Source: Ginglymostoma cirratum
Taxonomy: Eukaryota
DNA: 64,000 nt
Reading direction: 5' to 3'
Assembly: GCA_024137785.1 (NCBI GenBank)
Contig: JAHRHZ010000024.1
Coordinates: 7,960,889-8,024,888 of the forward strand
Numbering within the stretch: the first letter of the stretch is position 1; the number at the start of each line of letters is the position of its first letter. This document shows, piece after piece, positions 1-14,200 of the stretch. The notes below the pieces were generated by a model. It had not been told where the DNA came from. It was given only the letters and a program-made list of their open reading frames with translations, and did not search any database. The position numbers and the translations under genes were made by a program.

Positions 1-1039
1 CCCCATTACCAGGTGGAACAAAGGGTGGACAGGCAACTCCGTCACAGGGAGGGTGTTGTAAAGTTAACTATTTTAGCATAGCTGGCAGCCAGTAATTTGA
101 CCTGCTTTACATGTTTAACTGTGGCTGGTCAAGTTTCAATACCTGACAGCTGAATGAAAACAAAATTAGCTCCGGGACAAAGGGTAGTTGTCTTTACAAC
201 ACTTCTGTGATAGGAGGAGCAAGACTACTTACCCTTCAACTTCATAAATCTCTCCCATCACACTTCTCCTCATTCAAAAGCCATTGGTGTTGGAAATCTG
301 CCATTCCAGGATTCAGGATTGTACCCTATCAGATTTGGGGATCAGATTCATCTTCCAACCCTTTGGACCATGGATTGAAAACCCCAGGATGCCAGCATCA
401 GCTGCAGCTTCCCTACTTGCTCCAGGTACCTCCTGTGGAGACCTCCTCATTTAATCTGACTTCCAGGGGAACTTCCCCAGGGGTAACAGGACTACCCCTA
501 TATAATACATACCTTCAGAGTCAGGACCATTGTGTCTCAAGTAAAGTATTAGCCTGAGGTTCTTTCTTCTCTCTTGGGTTCAGATCAAAGATTCCATGGC
601 ACTATTCGAGAGAGAACAGGGGATTCGCCCACTGCCCAAGCCAAAATTAATTGGCCAGCTATAACACTATTTTTACTGCGATTGTAATGTGCGCAGTTTA
701 GCTCAGCTTAATTATACTTTATCAGCTGTGAAGGTCTGAGACAAGCTGAGGATATAAAAAGTGCAAAACAAAATTCATGCTCTTTCATTTCTACAATTCA
801 AACTTCTATTTGATTAGTTTAGTTTGCATGTAGATGACAGTTCGTCTGCAAATTTATATGGTTAACCACAGTTCAAGAAAACCCCAGTGTCTCTTTCAGG
901 ATTTGCCTTACTTTACAAATACTCAGGTCACCAAAGGAATTCAAGTGTGTAAAACTCTTTCAATTACAAACAGAATCTTTGGTAAAAGTCTAGCAGTTTA
1001 GAACAAAATATCAAAGGCATGTGAAACTTATGCTAGAAC

Positions 1040-1890
1040 TATCCATAGGGATCAGTGCTGGGTCCCTTAATGTTCATGATATAGATAAAACAGTATAGAA
1101 GAAAATGTCAGGGAGACGGTACATAAATTTGCAGATGATATGAACATTAGACGGGTGGTTGACAATGAGGAGGAAGGTCTTAGATTACAGGAGCATATAG
1201 ACTGATTGGTCAGATGGGCTCATTGGTGGGTGATGAAACCCTGATAATTTGAGGTAAGGCACTTTGGAAGAAGTACCAAGTCAAGGGAGTACTCAATGAA
1301 TAACAGGACACTAGAAGCTCAGAGGAACAGAGGAATCTTGGGGTGCTTGTCCACAAATCCCTGAAGATGACTGGATAGATTAATTTGGTAGTGTTGGTCG
1401 CCACACTATAGAAGAAATGTGAGTGCACTGCAGAGGAGATTCACCTGGATGTCACCTGGGATGGAGCATTTTAGCTAAGAAGAGAGGCTGGATAAGCTTG
1501 AGGTGTTTTCTTTAGAGCAGAGAAGACTGAGAGGGGACCTGATTGAGGTGTGTCAGATTATGAGGGGCATGGATAGGATGGATAGAAAACAGCTGTTCCC
1601 CTTAGTTGAGGGGTCAATAACAAGGGGCATTATTTAGGGTGAAAAGCAAGAGGTTTAGAGGGGATTTGAGGAAAGTCTTTTTTTGCCAGGAGGTGGTAGG
1701 AGTCTGGATGGTACTGCCTGGGAGGGTGATTGAGGCAAGAAACCTTAGAACTTTTAAAACATACTTAGATGAGCACTTGAACCATCAGAACATTCAAGGC
1801 AATGGGCCAAATACTGGAAAGTGGGACTAGTGTAGGTTTAGAGTTGTTTTTGTTGGTGCAGATTCCATAGGCTAAAGAGCCTAGATTTCT
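1040..1890 (+). mobile_element. CR1 LINE 3' fragment
   Basis: GSVLGPL, KFADD and LFSLE.RRLRGDLIEV remnants. Confidence 0.85.
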
Positions 1891-2142
1891 ATTAACTTGG
1901 GTTCCAAAGGGAAAGCTTGTGTGCAGTTTTGCACATCCTACCTCGGGAAGACTATAAAGATGCAAACTAGTTACAAGAGGATGTCAACAAAAATGAACAG
2001 ACACAATTATGAAGGAGGACTTTGGAATTTCTTCCACTAGCCACAAGGCGGCTAGGGATAAGATGACAGAATCTGATGGATGTGATATTGACAACATAAC
2101 TCACAGAAAATAATAAGAATAAAGAAAATAAAGTGTACTCAC

Positions 2143-2239
2143 TTCTTTAACAATTTTTCTGCCATTTGGAAAGGAAGCACTGAAACTTTCAACAATCTGG
2201 AGGTGACTTTCTGGACCAGAAACTCTTCTCTTTCCACAT
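2143..2239 (-). CDS. PALD1: Paladin coding exon 8: [32 protein letters not shown]
   Basis: aatttag| ... GAA|gtgagt, 97 nt, phase 2-0; resembles the paladin segment FQVIQSF...P.GR.MVEE. Confidence 0.88.
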
Positions 2240-5200
2240 CTAAATTTATAACAGTGCAAGTGATTGTTAACTTAATCAAATGTCAACAAAGGTTTATTGA
2301 AAGATTTAATAATTCACATTATTAGTTCAAAACTGGAATATTGCTGTAAAAAGAGAAATGTGACCAAGATTTTTGTGTTGCATTCATCAGGGTAAATGTA
2401 GAAAAGCAAATTCCAAATGACCACAACTATTTGACAGGCGAAAAGAATGCTGACTGGTTGACAAGTGGACACTGATTGGTTAAGGAAGTGTTATTGAGAA
2501 AGCAATGTAAAACTGTAACATCCTCAAACTCCCAGGTAATTCAAAAACTGTGGAAGCCTTGAACATGTTGCCTTTGTTTACAGAGAACTAGTCCCTTTGA
2601 GCAATTGTAACTGAGCCATATTACGAGCGGAATTTTTTATCTTAAATTGTTTGTTAGTATAGCTTTAGTTCAATTAGGATTGTTCAGCAAGTGCTACCAA
2701 ATCATGGAATCACATGTAACAGTAGCCATTTTGTTTTGGGTTTGCAAGCAGAGTCTGGTTGAATATGGCCTACACCCTTTCTATTACAAAAAAAAGCTGT
2801 TAGAGGACCATGCTGTCAAAACCTAAATACAGGTCCTTGTAAATACCTGAGGTTGCACTCTACCAATTGAGATTACATGTCCATTACCTTACTTACTGTC
2901 TCCTGATTCTCTGCCAAGGTCAATAATTTGTCTTCAATTTCATGTGTTTTCGCAAATAGTGTCTTATAAGGGACTTTATCAAATACTTTCTGGAAGTCCA
3001 TTTGTATAACATCCAAGATAGTCTCCAAACACTAACTCTATTACCTCTTCAAAAAATGCAATCAGGTTTGTCAGGCAGATTCATACTTGTTCTCTGTCAT
3101 CAGCTGCAAATTTTCAAGGTGTTCAGTCACTTTATCCATAATCACATACTCTAGTAAATTCCTGACAACTGATGTTAGGCTAAATGGTCTATAATTACTG
3201 GATTTCTCTTCCTTACCTTTTAGAAAAAAGTGGAATTAAATGTTCAACTTTCCAATCTAAAGGAATGGTTCCTGATCCAAGAAAAATTAAAGGTAGGGCA
3301 TTTACAATGCTTTCAATTGCATTCTTTAACACCATGGGATTTAAACCATTTGATCCTAGAGATTTGTTACTTTTTAAGTATTAATTATTACTATTCTTAC
3401 ACTTATGTTGGTTTCAGTGAGTCCCTATCCCTAATACAATACTAGTTTGGTTGTCATATCCAGCCTGCTATCATTTCCTCCATTCTAATCACTGATTCAA
3501 AGTAATTAGTCGAGTAATCCAGGCCTAATGAGAAGAGTCTCGAATAACTAACAAAACATAGTTTATTGCACATTAGCAACTTGTTACAGGTTACATTGAT
3601 ATGGTAGGCATGGCTACATTCATTTTAACGAGAGCTATTACTGATTTTTTTTCCTTCATGGGATGAGGGCATCACTGGCCAGGCCAGCTTATATTGTCTA
3701 TCCCTAATTGCCCAAAGGGCAGTTAGGAGTCAACCACATTGCTGTGGGTCTAGAGTTACATGCAGGCCAGACCAAGTAAGGATGGTGGATTCCTTCCCTA
3801 AAAGACATTAGTGAACCAGATGGGTTTTTCCAACAATTGATTCACGGTCATCATGAGATTCTTAATTCCAGATATTCATTAAATTCAGATTCCAACATCT
3901 GCAATGGCAGAGTTCAAACCCATATCCCCAGAACATTACTTGGGTCTTTGGATTAATAGTCTAGCGATAATACCACTAGGCCATTGCCTCCCCTTTTAAC
4001 AAAAAAGTGTCACAGACTACTAAATACATATAGAATATATGAATTGATAAGGGCTCATTTAGTTATTACAGTTGCATTATAAAAGTATATATTCAAAATA
4101 AAGGAAAATTAATGCTTGTCTTTATTTTAATGTGAAACTAATACTGCAGGCTGCCCACCAATACTACAAATTCTGGTGTTTATCCTGAAAGGGCAATTCT
4201 TAGAGAGTAAGTCAGATGATCGCTGGCCAGGCATGTTCAAAATTGGATTTCACATTCATGTTAAAAAAGGGGGATTCACAAAGAGATCCAAATAGGGAAG
4301 CAGCATTCATTGCTGTTTTGCAGCTGTTACTGTACTTTTCAGTATCCACGAAACTTCTGAAATTTGTGGCATATTGCCTTTGTTTAAAATGATATTTATA
4401 CATTTTGAAGGATGACAATCTCTGTTTTCAAAATGAAACAAACAAGATTAAACAGTGCATTTAATTTGTTCAGAAATATCACTAACACTCACTTCCTTGA
4501 AGGGGTTTGAAGTAAACATCATACAGGGCTCCAACTGCCCAAAAATCAGTAAATCTGTTGCTGACCTCTTGGCTAAGCCTAGTCAGGAAACCACTGTAAC
4601 TTGTCAATGTCCAGGATCCCAACAGCAGCTTTATTTTCTGCCTGCATTTGGAGCATAGAAGGAAAATGTTGCATTTTCCTTTCCTGGAATCCTTCTATCC
4701 CACAAAGTTAAATTTCAACTTGAAAGCTTTCACTGTACTATTCATGTCAGCAATTGTCTCCTGTTTCCCTTACAGTTTAGGGTATCTAACTTCACTGTCA
4801 TCTGTTTAAAAATGCCAAATCTAGTAGGCACAGAATATTCAGTAATTGGTGGTATTTTGACTCCTGGAGAATTTTGATTTCTGATAAAAGTAATAGAAAT
4901 TAAAACAATATCTTTCCTCCACTAACAGATATTAGTACAGTTCTGGTCACCCTTCTGTAGGAGGGATATTATTAAATTGGAAATGGGCAGAAAAAATTTA
5001 CTGGGATTGAAGATTTAGAGTTAAAAGGAGTGGGTAGAAAGACTGGGTCCTTTTTCCCTGGAGCGTAGGTTATTAAAGGGTGACCTTATAGAGGTTTATA
5101 AAATCATGAGGGGCATATAAGGTGAATAGTAAAGGTCTTTTCCTAAAGTAGGGGAGTTCAAAACTAGAGGGCATAGGTTTAAGCTGAGAGAGGAATGATT

Positions 5201-8200
5201 TAAAAGGGGCCTGAAGGGTAACTTTTTCACGCAGAGGATGGTGTGTATATGGAATGAACTGCCAGAGGAAGTGGTAGGTGCAGGTACAGTTACAATATTT
5301 AAAAGACATTTGGGCAGATACATGAATAGAAAAGGTTTAGAGGGATATGGGCCAAACACAGGCAAATGGGGCTAGTTCAGTTTGGTGGAGTTGAACCTAA
5401 GGTCTGTTTCCATGATGTGTGACCCTATAACTCTACTGAGTAGCTAAAGATCATCATAATCCGATATAGCTCATCATTAAATAATTTGAAACGTCAGTGA
5501 TATTTGGGATTTGCACAAATCAAATTAATAATTCTAACTACAAGAGACATAAAATGGTAAAACGTCATTACTTTGGCACAAATTGTTGGTTGAGGAATGA
5601 TACAATGGTAGTTCAAGGAAAAGGGAAATGAGGGTGTGCTTCACATGTTGCAATGAAACACGCATGATGCCCAATCAATGTTAGCACACCATCAGTTCTT
5701 ATTGCCACTAACTTTCCCAATGGTACATTATTTTTGGCAAAATAATTACTGATATCAATAGATATGAATTCCTCCAGTTTCAGAGGCAATAATGTTGAGA
5801 ATTCTTCTATAAAGTTGAAGTCTTCGAATGCCATTCAAAGAAACATAGGAAATAGGTGCAGAAGTAGGCCATTTGGCTCTTTGAGCCTGCACCACCATTC
5901 AATGTGATTACGACTGATCATGCAATTTCAACATCTCACTCCCGCTTGCTCTCCATTTCCCTTGATCCCTTTAGCCACAAGGACTATATCCAGCTCCCTA
6001 TCTAATGAACTGCCCCCAACAGCTTTCTGTAGAAGAGAATTCCACAGGTTCACAACTCAGAAGAAATTCGTCCTCATCTCAGTCCTAAATGGCTTACCTT
6101 TTATTCTTGGACTTTGAATCCCTAGTTCTGGACTTCCTCAACATCAGGAACATTCTTCCCACATCTAGCCTGTCCAGTCCTGTCAACATTTTATATGTTC
6201 TTATGAGATTCCCCCCCATTCTTTTCAATTCCAGTGAGTGGAAACGCAATCGATCCAATCTTTCTTCATATGACAGTCCTGCTATCCCAGGAATCAGTCT
6301 GGCGAGTCTTCGCTAGACTTTCTTAATAGCAAGAATGTCCTTCTTCAGACAAAGAGACCAAAACTGCACACAATACTCAAGGTGTGGCCTCACCATGGCC
6401 CTGTATTCAAACCAACATTGCCAATTGTTCTATATTGCTTGTGTTGGCTAATTCAACGTATTGAATTTAAAAATACATTCATTTTAGGGCAGTACAGTGG
6501 CTCAATGGTTAACACTGCTGCCCCTCAGCGCCAGGCACCCAGGTTCAATTCCAGCCTTGGGTGACTGTGTGAAGTTTGCACATTCTCCCTGTGTCTGTGT
6601 GGATTTCCTCCAGGTGCTCCAGTTTCCTCCCACAGTCCAAAACTGTGCAGGGTAGATGATTGGCCATGCTAAATTGCTTGTGATGATCAGGGGTGTTTAG
6701 GTTAGGTAGGTTAGACAAGGGAAATTAGGGGAATGGTTCTGGGTGGGATGCTCTAGCGAGGGGTGGTGTGGAGATGTTGGGCTGAATGGCCTGTTTCCAC
6801 ACTGTAGGGATTCTATGATCTATGATCTTCTATAAATCCCTCTGCAACTGCTCTGTCGCAATGGCTGATATGAAAGATAGCATTCTTGCCATGGTGTTTG
6901 CTCCTAACCCCAGGTCTGAGGTGGCAGACACACTTCCAGGCTTGTTTTTGAAATCTCGGAATAAGGGTTCAGCCATCATAATCGTTGCACTCTTCACAAT
7001 TGCATGGTCTACAAAGGTTGCCCCGTTCTTGATCAAATAGTGAGAAACACTGAAACTCATGCCTCAGTTGCTGTATTACCTTTCTTAGGTGACGTGGTTA
7101 AAAAAGATTGTTATCACTGCAATGTAATTTTTAGTTCACTTACTTTTGATGACTGCAGGCTGCTTCCTGTAGGGAAATCGCTTTCAAATTGCTTGAGCAC
7201 TGTTGCAAATTACCACTCAACATTGTTCATTATTCTGACTGCATCTCAACGCAGATTAAACAAAAACGCTTTTCTTTCATATTTTTAGACAAAAAATCAT
7301 TCTCACACTCTTCGTGTAAATAATGTGTCATTCACCTTTTCATAGAGGGACCTGCCTCTATATTCATGATGTCATAAAAGGTATATAATTTCCCACCACA
7401 ATTTAGCCAATTATGAGGCCAACTTATCATGGCGATAATACATGAAGGGACAAAGTTGCAAATTGTTAGTTAGCTTGAGGTAGGAAATTATTTGTAAACC
7501 TATTAGTTAATTTTGCAATCTAATACGAGCTACTCATCGGTAAATGGTGAGCTACCAGTCACTTATGATCGACATGTTGACAACCCCTGTCCAAAGGTGT
7601 TCTGCCCATTGGTCTGTTTGATATCATTGTTACAGGCAATGCTTATGATACTTCAGTATTAACCCATTCAGATCCTGTACAACAAGTATTTTCAATGGTA
7701 AAATCTGGCAAGTCCCAACTTAGGTCTCTGCTATGCTTAGTTGGTCCCACAAAAAAAGTGAAAAAAATCAAAGAAAATTCTCCCTTTCACTTTTTCCCTG
7801 ATATTAGTACAACCCTTTCCATTTGGTACAAGAAACTTGACTAACCGCACAGTCTGTGTCTGAGACGATCCACAATTCAGCTGTTGCCTGTACTTTTACT
7901 GCAGAGTTGTTGTCAGTCTCAAATACAATAACTTTCTGACTTGAATGAGAGACTGGCCTCAGGAGTATTGAAATTGATCAGTCCAGTGGATAACAAAAGG
8001 CTTTAGACATTAGATGGACTGAGGAACTTTTAGAGACTGGTTGCAGTGTGAAGAACCTCTTCAGCATCAAAGAATAGGTCTCCTCTGAGATTTTGTAAAA
8101 TATTAAGTACAGGAAGATAGTGCTTGTTATTACATATCAGAGCCCATCATTCAGTGAAGATGTCATCTGTTCTTCATGACAAAGATGTATTAAGCCATTT

Positions 8201-11200
8201 CATAGGTAAGCACAGCAGCTAATTTGTACACAATATCCAAAAATATTAAATTAGATAAATTACCAGATATTCTGTCCATTCCCTAGCACTAACACAATTT
8301 TCCTTTTCACAGTATATACAGAGTCTGTAGCTGCAACTTGATTTCCATATCCACCAGGCAGATGTCCTGTAGCCTATACAGAAATGGGACTAAGTCACAA
8401 ATAGGGATGGAAGTGAAATCATGGCACATCCTAACTCTTTTCCTTCCGCAATGTCAAACAGATTCACATAAACCATTGACTATTTCTAATGAACCAGCCT
8501 AACAAGTACACATGCAATCCCTTTACAAATTGTAGAGACAGGGTAATTTGCACTGTTTGGCTGAACTCCCAAATGCTCCTTGATTACTTCAGTTTTTCAG
8601 GCACGATGGCTCAGTGGTTAGCAATGCTGCCTTACAGCACCAGGAACCCAGGTTTCGTTCTACCCTCCGACGACTGTCTGTGTGGAGTTTGCACATTCTC
8701 CTCATGTCTGCTTGGGTTTCCTTTGGGTTCTGTGGTATCTTCCCACAGTCCAAAGATATTAGCTGGATTGGCAACACTGAATTGCCCAGAGTGCTCGGGG
8801 ATGCGCAGGTTAGGTGGGTTAGCCATGGTAAATGCAGGGTTACAGGGATATGATAGGGCTTGGGTCTCGGTGGGATGCTTTTAGGAGGGTCAGTGGGGAC
8901 TTGATGGGCTGAATGGCCTACTTCTACACTGAGGGATTCTGTGATTCATCAAAGTGACAAGACCAGAGGCAGAAACCGAATTCATCTTCCTAGCTGAAGA
9001 TAGAAAAGGCCAAAAAGTATCACTGACTCCAGTGGGAGGTCTAAATATTTAAGTGAAGCAATTTTTCTCCTCCATGATTGATCACCTTACTACTTGGCTT
9101 TGGAGGTTAATGCAGCTCAGATTTTATAAGAGCTCTGCTGAAATCTTTTTAATGAATATACAATGTAAAATTCCTGAGGTTGCCAGAAAACATTCCCCGC
9201 CTTATCCCAATTGACATGGATCAGAGGCCAGGCAGTAAATTTGTCCATGGCATTCCTATATTGTGGGAAAAGGAAAAACAAGAAAGGTGGCTATCTTAAC
9301 CCTATCTACTTGGTGCAATCAGGACAGGAGCTGAGATATATTGCTTCATGTACAAAGTGTAAGGACAGTTATCTTTGGGGGCTGTGACTGATATCCCACC
9401 TTGACCAGTGTGAAAAATTAAGGGATCAAGCTAAATTCAGATAATTCAGAACTGATTAATGGGCAAACCATCAAATCACAGGCTTCACTACTGACATCCA
9501 ATCCTGCCAGAAGCTGTCAGCTGACCAGAGGTGGAAAGGTTTCAAGTTCTAAAGATCATTGCTGGAAGCCCTGGTTTGAGGGGCTTAGATATTGAAAGGG
9601 TAAATGCTTTTCTTTCACACATCACGTTATGAGGTTTTTGGGATGAGGTGGTGGTCAGCGGCAGGTGCAGGCTGGTGACCTAAAATGGCCACCCCCTTGT
9701 TTTACCATCTCTGTCCCCACTGAAACCATATTGAAGCAAATGTGGGCTTGCCCTCAACCATGCAACACAGCAGCCAGGCTGCACTGTCGGGAACATAACT
9801 TTTCTCAATGGCCAAGCTTGCCACAGTCAAGTCAGTGGTGAGTTGAGGCCTTTTAGTGCTAATTAATTGGTCACTTAAGTTTTTTTAACAGTGACCAGTC
9901 AAGAAGGTTGCTATGGACCTGCCTCTCTAGCACTTAATTGCTGTGATGGAGAGAAGAGGATAAATATTCTCACTACATTCCTTTCTACCCCCAGGGATGG
10001 GATATTTGTGTCAGTGAATCAAGTTACTTACTCTCACTATCTCCATGATCTCACTGATCCACACAGCCATTTGGATGCATGGCTAAACCACCCACAAAAC
10101 TGATGGGGAGGATGTGGTAACAGTTGGTGGTGGGTAATTCTTCCACTGTCATTTTAATTCAGGCATGAGCTGTGAATATACTATGGCTCTCTCATTAGAC
10201 TAGAACAAGCTATAATGACTCACCTTAAAGAACACATTATAACTCATACCACTGTGTCAATCTGTATCCAACCAGCCAGTGAGACAGAAATCAAAACAAA
10301 GTAAAAACCAAGAGAACAGCAGCTGCTGTAAATCAGGAACAAAAACAAAGTTTCTGGAAAACCTCAGCAGGTCTGGCAGCATCTGTGAAGGAGAAAACAG
10401 AGTTAACGTTTCAGGTCTAGTGACCCTTCCTCAGAATGGATTGTGGCTTGGAAAACGTCAGTTTATATGCAGAAAATAGGGAGGTGGGTGGGGTAGGGAG
10501 TAAACAATAGGAGAGAGCCCAAAGAGAGAGAAAGACAGTTGGACAGACAAAAGAGTTGCTAGCGATCAGGCTGGGAGGGTGAATAGTTGTTAATGGGGAC
10601 TGTTAGTGACAGTCCCCATTAACCAAATTAATCCCCAGAAATCAAAACACCTTGCTTTGTGGCTAGAGTTCATTAACTACTCAGTCTTTCAGCTCCAAAG
10701 CACCTACTCTCCCTTTATATTTTCCCAGTCAATTAATGAATCAATTAACATCAATCATTTGCATTGTTATGACACATCCACACACATAAGAAACTTGAAG
10801 ATGTGTATGTTGCTCATGATCAACAATCTTCAGTTTTTAACCTGCATGTAGACGGAGTTTTCCACTGCCCAGAATGCAACAGTGCCCAGAAACAAACCGT
10901 TATTGACTAACTGGCCAAGGAACAACTAGTAGATGATTCCATTGGGCCTCCTGCACTACATAGCCCAAGAAGAAGGACGAATCTGTTGTGGTTACTTAGA
11001 ATGGCAGAAAATAAATGTTCTATCTAACTGAGAAGAAAAGGGGCTAGCAAGTCAAAGGAGACTGAACCAAAAAAAACGACAAATGAGTGACTTTGCTATG
11101 ATTCACTAATATTCTATGACCAAACCAAAAGTCCAACGAGTATGCAAAGAAAATGTACAGAACTGTCAAGTCTGGAAAACAGTCCAGTTATCACCAAAGG

Positions 11201-14200
11201 CAGATCAGAAGCTAAAATTCAGTTAAATTTGCAAGAAGAAACAAATAGGAAGAATAGTTTTTGATATGAACAGTGCAGTCTTCTGCGTACTCTTAGGAAT
11301 CTTTCACTGATTATCTTCAGTCAAGGGAACACTCAATGTCATTAATGAATGTAGTGCTGGGTGAGCAGCAATCTTTCAGTGACAGGTCTGAAAAAGTTTA
11401 TTTCACCAGTTAAACAGCTACAATTGAACACTTTGCTGTGTGCCACCATACCATATTGTAAAAACATATAAAATTATGATGGGAGTAGAAAAGATAGAAG
11501 CAGGGAGGTTGTTTCCACTGGCAGGTGAAACTAGAACTAGGGGACATAGCCTCAAAAAAGGGGGGCCAGATTTAGGACTGAGTTGAGAAGGAAATTCTTC
11601 ACCCAAAGGGTTGTGAATCTATGGAATTCCCTGCCCAGTGAAGCAGTTCAGGCTACCTTGTTGAATGTTTTTAGGTCAAAGATACATAGATTTTTGAACA
11701 GTAAAGGAATTAAGGGTGGATGAACACAGCAGGCCAAGCAGCATCATAGGAGCAGGAAAGCTTGACGTTTTGGACCTTTTCTGAAGAAGGGTCTAGGCCC
11801 GAGATGTCAAGCTTTCCTGCTCCTATGATGCTNNNNNNNNNNNNNNNNNNNNNNNNNNNNNNNNNNNNNNNNNNNNNNNNNNNNNNNNNNNNNNNNNNNN
11901 NNNNNNNNNNNNNNNNNNNNNNNNNNNNNNNNNNNNNNNNNNNNNNNNNNNNNNNNNNNNNNNNNNNNNNNNNNNNNNNNNNNNNNNNNNNNNNNNNNNN
12001 NNNNNNNNNNNNNNNNNNNNNNNNNNNNNNNNNNNNNNNNNNNNNNNNNNNNNNNNNNNNNNNNNNNNNNNNNNNNNNNNNNNNNNNNNNNNNNNNNNNN
12101 NNNNNNNNNNNNNNNNNNNNNNNNNNNNNNNNNNNNNNNNNNNNNNNNNNNNNNNNNNNNNNNNNNNNNNNNNNNNNNNNNNNNNNNNNNNNNNNNNNNN
12201 NNNNNNNNNNNNNNNNNNNNNNNNNNNNNNNNAGGCCAAGCAGCATCATAGGAGCAGGAAAGCTTGACGTTTTGGACCTTTTCTGAAGAAGGGTCTAGGC
12301 CCGAGATGTCAAGCTTTCCTGCTCCTATGATGCTGCTTGGCCTGCTGTGTTCATCCAGCTCTACACCTTGTTATCAAGGAATTATGGGTGGTGGTGAATG
12401 GGTGGGTAAGTGGGGCCAAGTCCACAAAAAGATCAGCCATGATCTTATTGAATGGTGGAACAGCCTCAATGGGCCACATGGCTTACTCCTGCTCCTATTT
12501 CTTATGCCAATCTCATACCAGATTGTATGTGCCAGCAGCATAAACAATAAGCACATGCACATCCTTCAAGCAAACAGTCATGGCTCACAGTCTAAGGCAA
12601 GTGGTCCTTGGTCAACTGAAGGGAAACACCTTTCAGTCAGGACTTGTCAGCACTGTGGGTCAAGGGTATTCTCCTATATCAGTCCTATATCAGATCATTG
12701 GTCACAATGATTTGACTTCTCAGACAGTCAGAGTCGGAATCAGGCTCTTTCCCTCATGAGGGGCGTGGATACAATTTCTAAGCACCCCACCGCCCATATT
12801 GGCTCTTTCTGTTCTATTGTGGGATGTTTCTCGTAGAATGAGAGGAAGAGAGGGTTGAGTTCGATGACATCTGGTGATAGAGCTGTTGGTGCTAGTGCAG
12901 GAGGGGTGAGGTGAGAAAGGTGGTGAGATGTCCCAAGTGAGTGAGTAGGCAACACAGAAACCATGGAGGGTTAGTGGTGAGGTAGAATGAAGTGGATATG
13001 AGAGAGTGAGTGAGGATGATGGAATTATAGAATCCTTACAGTGTGGAAGCAGCCTATTTGGTCCATCAAGTCCACTGTAAGCCTTTGAAAAGCATCCCAC
13101 TCAGACCCATCCCTGTAACCCTGCATTTCCCATGGCAATCTACCTAGCCTGTACATCCCTGGACACTATGGTCAATTTCCCATTGCCAATCCAGTTAATC
13201 CACACCTTTGGACTGTAGGGGGAAACGGGAGCACCTGGAGGAAATCCATGCAGACACACAGAGAATGTGCAAATTCCACACAGTCACCCAAGGCTGGCAT
13301 CGAACCTGGCTCCCTGGCACTGTGAGGCAGCAGTGCTAACTACTGAGTCACCATACTGCCCTTTTGTAGATGTTGTATGAAATATTAAGAATAGTAGATG
13401 TTGAGTTTCAGTAGGATGTGCCTTAGAGTTAGTGTTAGTTTGAGATAGCAGAGAGATGATGACAGTTCTTAGCCCTAGCAGAGCAGAGAAGTTCATTCTC
13501 CTTTCTCTGGTGTTCTTGGGAAAGACGACCTCCCTCCTCTGCATCACCCCATCCATCCAGTCCCTGGCTGCAAAGCGAATACCAATTTCCCCTTATCTGC
13601 CATGTCCAGGGCAAATGCCTTGAACCATACATGGCAGCTCCAGACTGACAGTGCTTGAACAGGTGCACAAGATGGCACCAGCAACAGAGATTCCAGGGTA
13701 TCCTGACATTGAGAAGTATTTCCAGCTCTAGGAGATTGAGGGAATCAAGACAGCATCAAATGAGAAGATTGTCAAAGGTAGTTAACAAGGTATATTTGGG
13801 ATGACAGTGCAAGAGTAGTCCCTAAGCCTCACAAGAGATATCCCCTGTGAAACTCGATAAAAATGATACCTTGTCTTAGGATGCAGCCTAAGGACATCTA
13901 CAGTAGCTTGCAGAGGGTACGAGCTCCCTAAGGTCCTGGTTATGATGCCTGACCAAATGAAGTTGTAGAAAGGTGGACTGTATCTGCAATGGGATAGAAA
14001 CCTGTGGCATACAAAACTCAATTCTTACTTTCCCACAGTTCACTAGAGTTATTGCTTCCAGCAAAGACGTTGATTGATAAATTCCATGCAAGATAGATCA
14101 TATCACCTTGTCCTTCTACTTAATTAAAAGATTGGCATTGCTTGGTGCTTTCAGAATGAGTCTGCAAAAATTGCAAAGTAGTGTTGCAATTGAAATTTGT

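Larger units (their letters stand above)
5436..7589 (-). mobile_element. Decayed hAT DNA transposon (GTF2IRD2/EPM2AIP1-like transposase) interrupted by a CR1 and a SINE
   Basis: Terminus caggggttgtcaac at 7589; broken ORF ..EK.FCLIC..., [13 protein letters not shown]...[10 protein letters not shown] (6830-7330) and KLVAIRTDG...IG (5613-5834). Confidence 0.75.

Noticed and set aside
207-557. 116-aa ORF and a minus-strand gtaagt donor near 230 as paladin exon 9
   Set aside because: No frame resembles the expected VD.AI..C segment and stops intervene
4493-4637. Exon-like open stretch on the minus strand with a gtgagt donor
   Set aside because: 145 nt, phase-incompatible with exons 7/8, no paladin similarity
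6487-6565. tRNA gene (also other SINE heads)
   Set aside because: A/B boxes continue into SINE core and tail; no clean cloverleaf
11710-12286. Long ORFs across the gap
   Set aside because: Artefacts of N translation
13782-14091. Overlapping minus-strand ORFs after an acceptor-like site
   Set aside because: No recognisable homology or matching donor
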